Positions 7,938 through 15,746 of a stretch of DNA of 32,000 nt are shown here, piece by piece. Origin of the DNA: Yinghuangia seranimata (GTDB lineage Bacteria; Actinomycetota; Actinomycetes; Streptomycetales; Streptomycetaceae); assembly GCF_029953285.1 (NCBI RefSeq), contig NZ_JASAOI010000058.1, positions 31,547 to 63,546 of the forward strand, in the 5' to 3' direction. Positions within the stretch are counted from its first letter, which is position 1. Every line of letters starts with the position of its first letter. The notes under the pieces are model-generated. The model did not search any database and had not been told where the DNA came from. It was given only the letters and a program-made list of their open reading frames with translations. The position numbers and the translations under genes were made by a program.

Positions 7938-8717
7938 GTGACGGGCGAGGACGGGACGGCAGGCGGCCGCGGAGCCGACGCGCGTGAGGCCGCTCCGGCG
8001 CCCGTCGGGCTGGTCCGCGAGGCCGTGCGCCGCCCGCTCGCCGCGCGCTGGGCGGTCTACACCGAAGAGGTGCAGCGCCTGGTCGACGCGACGTACCGGG
8101 TCGTCGAGCGCACCGGCAGCCTCGACCCGACGGTGCGCGAGATCCTGCGCGAGGCCGGCCTGTCCAACCAGGCCTTCTACCGGCACTTCCGGTCCAAGGA
8201 CGAGCTGCTGGTCGCGCTGCTGGACGACGGGCGCCGCAGGATGGCCGAGTACCTGCGGCGGCGGATCGCCGGAGCCGCTCACCCGGCCGGGCAGGTGCGG
8301 GCCTGGATCGAGGGCGTGCTGGCCCAGGCGGGCGACCCCGTCGCGGCCGCCCGCACGCGGCCCTTCCTGGCCCACCAGGACCGGCTCGCGGAGCTGTTCC
8401 CGGACGAGCAGCGGCAGTCCGCGGAGGCCATGCTGGAGCCGCTGCGCGAGGTCCTGCGGCAGGCGTACGCCGAGCGGGCCGCGCGGCCGGCCGTCGGCGA
8501 CCCGGCCGCCGCGCCCGACGCCGACCCGGCCGCCGACACCGCGACCGACCCCGCCACCGCCCCCGGGCTCGATCCCGACGCCGACGCGACCGCCGTCTAC
8601 CGCCTCACGCTGGCCTGCCTCCACGACCACCTGCGCGCGCGTACCGCGCCCACCCCGGCGGAGACCGCCCACCTCGTCCGCTTCGCGTGCAACGGCCTGG
8701 GCGTTCCAGTTTCCTGA
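7938..8717 (+). CDS. TetR-family transcriptional regulator
   Basis: N-terminal helix-turn-helix: ATYRVVERTGSLDPTVREILREAGLSNQAFYRHFRSKDELLVALLDDG. GTG start with upstream GGGAAGGGG. Confidence 0.85.
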   Translation: MTGEDGTAGGRGADAREAAPAPVGLVREAVRRPLAARWAVYTEEVQRLVDATYRVVERTGSLDPTVREILREAGLSNQAFYRHFRSKDELLVALLDDGRRRMAEYLRRRIAGAAHPAGQVRAWIEGVLAQAGDPVAAARTRPFLAHQDRLAELFPDEQRQSAEAMLEPLREVLRQAYAERAARPAVGDPAAAPDADPAADTATDPATAPGLDPDADATAVYRLTLACLHDHLRARTAPTPAETAHLVRFACNGLGVPVS

Positions 8718-8972
8718 CGCTCAGTCAGTCGATGTGACGGGTCCGCCCCCGACGGCGCCACCGAAACGGTTTGCGTGGCCCGATACAGTGTGCGCGTGAG
8801 GTAGCTCACAGAATCGGCTCTATCGATGACAGTACGTCGCCGATTCTGAGCCCACTGTGATTCAGTTTCCCTGGAATCGGCCGATACCTGTTCAGAAGAT
8901 GCTCACGGCCAAGAGCACCGACGAACGAGAGAACCACCCCAGAAGCACTGTCGCCGACGCTCGGGGAGACCG

Positions 8973-10529
8973 ATGACCGCCGAGACGGAAACACACGTCC
9001 GGTTGGCGACCCTGCGCCTCCTCTACCGGGTCGTCGCGGACCTGAACGCCACCCGCGACCTGCGCGACACGCTGCAGGCGGTCGCCGACGGGGTCGTCTC
9101 CGGGCTGGGCTTCGGCGCCGCCGCGGTCAACCTGGTCCGTGCCGACGGCGACCTCGAGGTCGCCGCGGTCGCCGGGTCCGAGGACCTCGCCGCCGCCATG
9201 GCCGGCCAGATCGGCCCCCGCACCGACTGGGAACGCCTCCTCGACAGCGCCGAACGCTGGGGTCCGCTGCGCTTCCTGAACCACCGTCAGGGTCCCGCCG
9301 ACCCGGGCCGGGTGCCCAGCTGGGTGCCGGACATCCCGATCAGCGACCACCCGGACGCCTGGCACCCGTACGACGCGCTCCTCGCCCCGCTCACCACCCC
9401 CGAGGGCGACCTGGTCGGCGTGCTGTCCGTCGACCTGCCCGTCGACGGCCGCCGCCCCGGCCCGTGGCGCTGCGAAGTGCTCGGCATGTTCGCCGCACAG
9501 GCCGCCATCGCCGTCGACAACGCCCGCCTGCGCAGCGAGATGGTCCGCGCCCTCGCCCGCCTGGAGGACGAGCAGCACGCCTTGCGGGCCAGCGAGGAGA
9601 GCTTCCGCCACGCCTTCGAGTACGCCCCCAGCGGCATGGTCATGACGGGGGTCCGCGGCCACGACCGCGGCAGGCTCCTGCGCGCCAACGACGCGCTGTG
9701 CCGCATGCTCGGCTACCCCGCCCCCGTGCTGCGCCGCCTCGGCCTGGCCGCCGTCGTCCACCAGGACGACCGCGACCTGCTCGCCGGGCACCTGGGCGGC
9801 TCGGCGCCCGTCGAGGGCTGCACGGAACTGCGGTTGGCGCGCAGCGACGGCACGTACCGCTGGGTGTCGCTGCGCACGTCCCACGTCGGGGACGGCGACG
9901 GCAATCCGCGCTTCCTGCTCACCCACGTGGAGGACGTCGAGGACCGCAGGCTGCGCGAGCAGGCCCTCGTGCACCAGGCCAGCCACGACCCGCTGACCGG
10001 GCTGCCCAACGGCCGCGAGCTGCGCGCCCGCCTCGACGCCACCTTCACGCGCGCGCCGCAGCTCGCCGACCTGCCCGCCCATCTGGCCACCGTCGAGGTC
10101 GGCACGGCGGCCGCGGTGGCGGGCGACGGAAAGGGCCTCGCCCTGCTGTTCTGCGACCTGGACGGCTTCAAGCGCATCAACGACGAGTACGGCCACCACA
10201 TCGGCGACGTCGTGCTGGTCGAGGTCGCCCGCCGGCTGACTGCGGCCGTCCGCGAAGGCGACACCGTCGCCCGGCTCGGCGGCGACGAGTTCGTCGTCCT
10301 CGCCGACGGGATAGGGCGGGACGAGGCGCACGACCTGGCTGTGCGGCTGCGCCGCGCGCTGTCCGTGCCGATCCGTGCGGAGGGCGAGACGGTGCCGCTC
10401 GACGGTGCGAGCTTCGGTATCGCGTGGGCGGATTCCACGATGACGCCGGACGATCTGCTGCGGGTCGCCGACGAGCGGATGTACCGGCAGAAACGCGGCC
10501 GCGAGCGGGCCCAGCGGCGGGCCGGTTGA
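8973..10529 (+). CDS. GAF-PAS-GGDEF diguanylate cyclase
   Basis: N-terminal GAF-like sensor region, PAS-like ASEESFRHAFEYAPSGMVMTG..., then DPLTGLPNGRELRARL and REGDTVARLGGDEFVVL. The GGDEF site is intact, with an RxxD (REGD) I-site 5 residues upstream. Confidence 0.88.
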   Translation: MTAETETHVRLATLRLLYRVVADLNATRDLRDTLQAVADGVVSGLGFGAAAVNLVRADGDLEVAAVAGSEDLAAAMAGQIGPRTDWERLLDSAERWGPLRFLNHRQGPADPGRVPSWVPDIPISDHPDAWHPYDALLAPLTTPEGDLVGVLSVDLPVDGRRPGPWRCEVLGMFAAQAAIAVDNARLRSEMVRALARLEDEQHALRASEESFRHAFEYAPSGMVMTGVRGHDRGRLLRANDALCRMLGYPAPVLRRLGLAAVVHQDDRDLLAGHLGGSAPVEGCTELRLARSDGTYRWVSLRTSHVGDGDGNPRFLLTHVEDVEDRRLREQALVHQASHDPLTGLPNGRELRARLDATFTRAPQLADLPAHLATVEVGTAAAVAGDGKGLALLFCDLDGFKRINDEYGHHIGDVVLVEVARRLTAAVREGDTVARLGGDEFVVLADGIGRDEAHDLAVRLRRALSVPIRAEGETVPLDGASFGIAWADSTMTPDDLLRVADERMYRQKRGRERAQRRAG

Positions 10530-10811
10530 GCGGGCCGGGCGGCCGACGTGACCAGGCGGTATCGGCGTCGCGGCGGGGGGTGGCGACGCGGGGGTGGCGG
10601 GGTCGTCGGGCCGTGCGGTTGGGGCCGTCCGGTGGAATCGTCAGGCGGACGTTTGTCGTCCAGGCGATGGACTGTGGCCATCCTCGGGCCCGTCGCCCGT
10701 TAGTGTGATGCGTCAGCCTGTCGTCGGAGCCCGGCCCGGCTCGAGTGGGATCGGGCCTCGCGCGGCAGGCGGTGCAGCCGCACACAGTCTCACAGGAAGG
10801 GCGAGAACCCG

Positions 10812-11765
10812 ATGACGGTGGGTAACGAGGGAGAGCCGGACGACCCGTACGGCTACCTCTACCGCCCCGGCCCGGGTGACGCGCCAGCCGGGAGCCAGAG
10901 CGCACCTGCGGGGTTCGGAACGTCGCCGTACGTGCAGGTCGGCCAGACCAGGTACGGGCAGCCGCCGCCGCCATACGTCCCGTCGCCCGACGCCCAGGCG
11001 ACCCAGGCCGTCCCGGGCGTCCACCCGGACCAGCAGCAGACGGTCTACCAGCCCGCGCAGCCGGGCGGACCGGGGCAGCCGCCCGCGGTCCCGGGGCAGC
11101 GCCGCGAAGGCGGCGGGCACGGCAGCGGCGGTTCGCGCGGCGGCCGCGGCCCGGTGATCGGCGCCGTCGTCGCGATCGTGGTGGTGATCGCGGTGATCGC
11201 GGCCGTGATGGCGCTGAACGGGGGCGGCGACGACAAGAAGAAGGCCGCTCCGCCGCCGTCCACGCCTCCGGGCAGCAGCGCCGCGTCGAGCGCGCCGCCG
11301 AGCAGCGCCCCGCCGTCCTCCGCGGCGCCGACCAAGTTCGGTGAGACGGAGGCCGAGACCGCCCAGCTCGCGGGCGGCGCGGTCGTGGCCAACAACGCGC
11401 AGAAGTTCAGCGGGTCCGGCTTCGTCGCCGGCCTGACGCAGCCCGGCGCGTCGATCACGGTGTCGTTCGACGCGCCCTCCAAGGGCAGCTACTCGCTGTA
11501 CGTGCTCTACGCGAACCCGGACCCGACGAGCACCTCCGGGCAGCCGAACCGGCCCAAGAAGACGATGACCGTCGTCGCCAACGGGTCGAACAAGTACGGG
11601 CAGATCAACCTGTACGGCACCGGCAGCCCGGACAGCTGGTACACCACCTACCGGACGATCGACCTCAACGAGGGCCCGAACACGGTCACCCTGGCCTGCC
11701 AGCCGGGTGACTCCTGCAACGTGACCGTCGACAAGATGTGGGTCGGCGCCAACAAGTCCTCGTAG
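10812..11765 (+). CDS. Proline-rich, single-TM anchored protein with C-terminal CBM6/CBM35-like beta-sandwich domain
   Basis: Pro/Gln-rich N-terminus, TM segment GPVIGAVVAIVVVIAVIAAVMAL, Ser/Pro linker, then FGETEAETAQLAGGAVVANNAQKFSGSGFVAGLTQPGASITVSFDAPSKGSYSLYVLYANPD, carbohydrate-binding-module-like. Confidence 0.7.
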   Translation: MTVGNEGEPDDPYGYLYRPGPGDAPAGSQSAPAGFGTSPYVQVGQTRYGQPPPPYVPSPDAQATQAVPGVHPDQQQTVYQPAQPGGPGQPPAVPGQRREGGGHGSGGSRGGRGPVIGAVVAIVVVIAVIAAVMALNGGGDDKKKAAPPPSTPPGSSAASSAPPSSAPPSSAAPTKFGETEAETAQLAGGAVVANNAQKFSGSGFVAGLTQPGASITVSFDAPSKGSYSLYVLYANPDPTSTSGQPNRPKKTMTVVANGSNKYGQINLYGTGSPDSWYTTYRTIDLNEGPNTVTLACQPGDSCNVTVDKMWVGANKSS

Positions 11766-11771
11766 GCGCAC

Positions 11772-11821
11772 GGACACGGGAGCCGGAGGGCGTGGTTCAG
11801 CCCTCCGGCTCCGTCGTGTCC
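11772..11821. terminator. Bidirectional hairpin between convergent genes
   Basis: GGAGCCGGAGGG (11779-11790) / CCCTCCGGCTCC (11801-11812), a perfect 12-bp stem extended by GGACACG / CGTGTCC. It overlaps the 3' end of the minus-strand gene. Confidence 0.65.
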
Positions 11822-12657
11822 GGGGTCTCGGCGTCCGCCTCGACCCGCTCGTCGTCGGCGGCGACCCCGATCACCAGCAGGTCGCCCGGCACCAGGTCGA
11901 AGTGGGCCGCGGCATCGGCCCCGTTGCACACCAGCGCGACGCGGTCGGACGAGTCGACCAGCACCGCGGGGGTGCCGCGCGGCACGTGCCCGAAGGTACC
12001 TACGTAGTCGACGCGCCGGTCCTCGTGCGGTGTGCGCACGGCCAGTTCGGTGCCGGGCGCCGCGCCGATCTCGTCGAGCCGTGCGGCGTCGAGCGACGTC
12101 TGCACGTTGCCGAACCGGTCGACCGCCAGCACCTCGCCGTGCGCGCGCCGGTCGGCGACATAGGCGACCGGCTCGGGCAGCCGCACCAGTTCGTCGACCG
12201 GGACGGGGGGCCCGACGCTGTGCGGCGGCGTGCCCAGCGCGAGGTGCGCGGCGACCGGCGCGAAGACGTCGCGGCCGTGGAACGTCGCGGAGACGCGCGG
12301 CAGCATCAGCGCACGCTCGGTCAGCTCGTACGCCGCCACCGCGCCGCCCAGCGCGTCCGCCGCCCACATCAGCAGCCCGTTGTCCGGCCCGACCATTAGG
12401 TGTTCGGCGGTCCGCACGAGCACGCCGCGCCGCAGGGTGCCGACGCCGGGGTCGACGACGGCGACGTGCACGCCGGGCGGCAGGTACGGCAGCGTCTGCG
12501 CGAGCACGACCGCGCCGCGCCGGATGTCGCCCGGCGGCACGGCGTGCGTGATGTCCAGCACCGGAACGGCGGGCGCGATGCGGGCGATGACGCCGTGGCA
12601 CGCCGCGACGAAGCCGTCGGTGAGGCCGTAGTCGGTCAGGAACGAGATGCGCGGCAT
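11797..12657 (-). CDS. SAM hydrolase / SAM hydroxide adenosyltransferase family (DUF62)
   Basis: MPRISFLTDYGLTDGFVAACHGVIARIAP...DITHAVPPGDIRRGAVVLAQTLPYLPPGVHVAVVDPGVGTLRRG...ATFHGRDVFAPVAAHLALG...DRFGNVQTSL. Confidence 0.87.
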   Translation of the reverse strand: MPRISFLTDYGLTDGFVAACHGVIARIAPAVPVLDITHAVPPGDIRRGAVVLAQTLPYLPPGVHVAVVDPGVGTLRRGVLVRTAEHLMVGPDNGLLMWAADALGGAVAAYELTERALMLPRVSATFHGRDVFAPVAAHLALGTPPHSVGPPVPVDELVRLPEPVAYVADRRAHGEVLAVDRFGNVQTSLDAARLDEIGAAPGTELAVRTPHEDRRVDYVGTFGHVPRGTPAVLVDSSDRVALVCNGADAAAHFDLVPGDLLVIGVAADDERVEADAETPDTTEPEG

Positions 12658-12780
12658 GCGCTCACGCTACGTGTGCGGGCGCGGCGGTCGGGCGCGACGC
12701 ACCGGAACGGCGGCCCCGACCGGGCACCTTGCCGGATCAGGCACGCAGCCCGGACACGCGCACGCCGCCGGACGCGGGCG

Positions 12781-15579
12781 TCACTTCGCGGGTGAGGGCC
12801 CGTTCGACGGCGTGCCGGTGCTCGGGTCGGCCGGTGCGTCCGCGCCCTTGGTGGCCTTCGGGCGCAGCGAGTAGGCGATCGCGGTCGCCGCCTCGGCGTC
12901 CTGGTCGGTGGCCGCGACGACGTGCAACTCGTCGTCGTCGCCGGTCAGTCCGGAGATCTGCGGGAGCCGCGCGTTGAAGCGCCACCGGAGCCTGCCGGTC
13001 TTCGCGTCGACGCCGAGGACCGCGCCGTTCTTGCCGTCGCCGTCCGACATGCCGACGCACACCACGTCGTCGACGACCTGCGGTTCGGACAGCCAGCCGG
13101 TGCCCCCGGTCTCGAACGTCCACAGCGGGGCGCCGGTGCGGACGTCGACCGCGTAGACCCGGCCGGTCCGCTTGAAGCCGCCCTCGGGCGCGGACGGCGT
13201 GGCGGTGGGCGACGCGGTGCCGGACCCGCGCGGGACGGTGCCGGACTGCTGGCTGGTCGGCGTGCAGGCGACGTACGCGGCGTCGCCGGAGACGACGATG
13301 TCGCTCGCGTTCCGCTCCTGCGGCGCGAACTGCCACCGCAGGCCGCCCGTGGTGGCGTCGAACGCCTGCACCCACGCGGAGGTCTTCTCGGAGTCGCTGC
13401 CCGAGGTCACCACGAGGACGTAGCCGGTCGCGGCGTCCGTCCTGGGCACCGAAGGGCCCCAGCCGGCGGGCAGGTCGGTGGTCCGCCACACGGGCTTGTG
13501 GTCCGCGGCCTTGCCGAGGTCGAGGGCGGTCAGCGTGCGGTTCTCGGCGTAGGCCGACGACGAGGACGAGGTGCTGCACCGCAGGAAGGCCTTGCCGTTC
13601 AAGACCGCGGGCGAGGCGCACCACTGCTCCTTGGCCGCGCTCCAGGTCCACCGCGTGTCGCCGTTGGCCGCGTCGAGGGCGTACACCGCGGCGTAGGCGT
13701 TGCCGTAGGAGCCGGTCGGGGGCTGGCAGGCGACGACGAGCGTCTTGGTGGCGTCGTCGTACCAGGGGATCTGCATCTCCGGCGTGTTCGAGCCGGGCGC
13801 GGCCCGCCACTTCGTGGCGCCGGTGCGCGGGTCGAGGGCCAGGATCTGGGCGGTTCCCGCGTCGCTGCTGGAGCCGGACTTGGTCCCGACGCACACGAAC
13901 AGCGCGCCGCCCTTGGTCTCGCGCGCGAGGTGCATGCTCGTGGTGGCGAAGTCCTGCTGCCACAGCGGGGTTCCGTCGGCGAGGGAGAGCGCGTAGAGGG
14001 TGTGGGCCTTGGTCTGGTCGTAGCTGTTGGCGGCGTCGCTCCACGCCACGACGTAGACCGCGTCCGGGCCGACCACCGGTGCTCCGGCGTACCGGCCGCG
14101 CAGGCTGCGCGACCACGCCTGCTGACCCTTGTCCAGGTCGATCGCGACGACACCGGACGCGACCGAGCCGTTCTTCGACACGGCGCCGTCGGCCGCGACG
14201 ACCAGCAGGTTCCGGTCCGGCTTGGCGGACGTCACCAGGACCGACTCGGCGTTCTGCAACTGGCCGAGCGGGAACCGGCCGGCTATCAGGCCGCTGTCGG
14301 ACGAGCCGCCGGACAGCGCCCAGCCGGCCGCACCGCCCACCGCCGCGACGCCCACGACCGCGCCGCCGACCAGCAGCGTGCGGCGGCTCAGGCCGCCGCG
14401 CGCCGACGCGTCCGCGGCCGTGCCGGGCGGGCCGATCACGACCGGGGCGTCCGTGGCCGCCTGCGTCAGCGCGGCGGTCGGCGGCGTCGTGGGCGGCGCC
14501 TCCGGGGGCCTGGGTCCGGGGAGCGGCACGGTCACGCCGGGCGGCGGTGCCGGCACCGTGCCGTCGGTCGGCGCGACGGCCGCGAGCGGCGTGACGGCCG
14601 CGGTGGGCGCCGCGGCCGGGTCGAGGGCCTCGGTGGCGACGTCGTCGCCGTTCGCGTCGGGGCCGAGCGGGTCGGGGCCGATCGGGTCCGCGTTCTGACG
14701 TCGGATCAGCTCGGCGGCGAGCTCCGCGGGCACCCACGCGCCGCCCGCCGCGGCCGCCGCGACGTCCGCGTCGCCGACAGTGCGCTGCAGGATGTCGGTC
14801 AGCGCGGGCCGCGCCGCGGGGTCCTTGGCCAGGCAGTCCACGACGAGGCCGCGCAGCCCCTCGGGAACCCCGTCGAGGTCCGGTTCGCCGTGGATGATCC
14901 GGTACATCAGCTGGATCGGGCTGTGCGCCGGGCCGGAGAACGGCGCGCGGCCGGTCGCCGCGTACGCCAGCACCCCGCCGAGCGCGAAGACGTCGCTGCG
15001 GTAGTCCACCTCGCCCGCCGCGCCGGCCTGTTCGGGCGACATGTAGCCGGGCGAGCCCACCGCGCCGCCGGGCGAGGTCAGCGCGTGCGTCATGTCCGCC
15101 GCGTACGAGATGCCGAAGTCGATGACGCGCGGCCGGTCCCGGCCCAGGATCACGTTGGACGGCTTGAGGTCGCGGTGCACCAGGCCCGCGCGGTGGATCG
15201 CCATGAGCGCCTCGACCAGCTGCGCGGCCAGCACGCGGACGGCGCGCTCGGGCAGCGGGCCGTACCGGGCGACCGCCTCGGACAGCGGCATGCCGGTCAG
15301 GAACTCGGTGGCCAGCCACGGCGGGTCGGAGTCCGGGTCGGCCTCCGCGATGGGCGCGGTCCACGCGCTGTCGACGCGCCGCGCGGCGGCGACCTCGCGG
15401 CGGAACCGGTCGCGGAACCCGGGGTCGTGCGCGTACTCGGGGCGCACCGTCTTCACGGCGGCGCGCAGCCCCGACGGGGAGACGCCGAGGAACACCTCGC
15501 CCATGCCGCCCTCGCCGAGCCGACCGCGCAACCGGTACGGGCCGAGCTGCCGCGGATCCCCCGGGCGCAGCGCCTCCAT
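12781..15579 (-). CDS. AfsK-like Ser/Thr protein kinase with PQQ-like beta-propeller C-terminal domain
   Basis: GPYRLRGRLGEGGMGEVFLG, LVHRDLKPSNVILG, RVIDFGISYA and GSPGYMSPEQ (kinase); internal hydrophobic segment; repeated LYALSLADGTPLWQQDF / LDPRTGATKWRAAPG / YALDAANGDTRWTWS propeller repeats. Confidence 0.88.
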   Translation of the reverse strand: MEALRPGDPRQLGPYRLRGRLGEGGMGEVFLGVSPSGLRAAVKTVRPEYAHDPGFRDRFRREVAAARRVDSAWTAPIAEADPDSDPPWLATEFLTGMPLSEAVARYGPLPERAVRVLAAQLVEALMAIHRAGLVHRDLKPSNVILGRDRPRVIDFGISYAADMTHALTSPGGAVGSPGYMSPEQAGAAGEVDYRSDVFALGGVLAYAATGRAPFSGPAHSPIQLMYRIIHGEPDLDGVPEGLRGLVVDCLAKDPAARPALTDILQRTVGDADVAAAAAGGAWVPAELAAELIRRQNADPIGPDPLGPDANGDDVATEALDPAAAPTAAVTPLAAVAPTDGTVPAPPPGVTVPLPGPRPPEAPPTTPPTAALTQAATDAPVVIGPPGTAADASARGGLSRRTLLVGGAVVGVAAVGGAAGWALSGGSSDSGLIAGRFPLGQLQNAESVLVTSAKPDRNLLVVAADGAVSKNGSVASGVVAIDLDKGQQAWSRSLRGRYAGAPVVGPDAVYVVAWSDAANSYDQTKAHTLYALSLADGTPLWQQDFATTSMHLARETKGGALFVCVGTKSGSSSDAGTAQILALDPRTGATKWRAAPGSNTPEMQIPWYDDATKTLVVACQPPTGSYGNAYAAVYALDAANGDTRWTWSAAKEQWCASPAVLNGKAFLRCSTSSSSSAYAENRTLTALDLGKAADHKPVWRTTDLPAGWGPSVPRTDAATGYVLVVTSGSDSEKTSAWVQAFDATTGGLRWQFAPQERNASDIVVSGDAAYVACTPTSQQSGTVPRGSGTASPTATPSAPEGGFKRTGRVYAVDVRTGAPLWTFETGGTGWLSEPQVVDDVVCVGMSDGDGKNGAVLGVDAKTGRLRWRFNARLPQISGLTGDDDELHVVAATDQDAEAATAIAYSLRPKATKGADAPADPSTGTPSNGPSPAK

Positions 15580-15746
15580 GACCACCCATCCCCGTTCGGC
15601 TGTCCGCCTCCTTCGCGCGTGTGGTCCGGCGGAGGACGACCGCCAGCGTATCGGCGGTCGACGCGCCGGGGACGGCCCGGCGGTCGCGGGCCGTCCCGGC
15701 GGGGTGGTCTGACGGAGGTCCCTCACGGCGGCCCGGGGGCGGGCCG

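Noticed and set aside
11797-12657. Fluorinase/chlorinase possibility for the DUF62-like protein
   Set aside because: The sequence shows the ordinary SAM-hydroxide adenosyltransferase pattern (VVDPGVG...R, FHGRD). No halogenase-specific insertion was recognised.
12737-15589. 950-aa minus-strand ORF in an alternative frame of the kinase gene
   Set aside because: Overlaps the real kinase frame on the same strand; Arg/Ala/Gly-rich with no domains.
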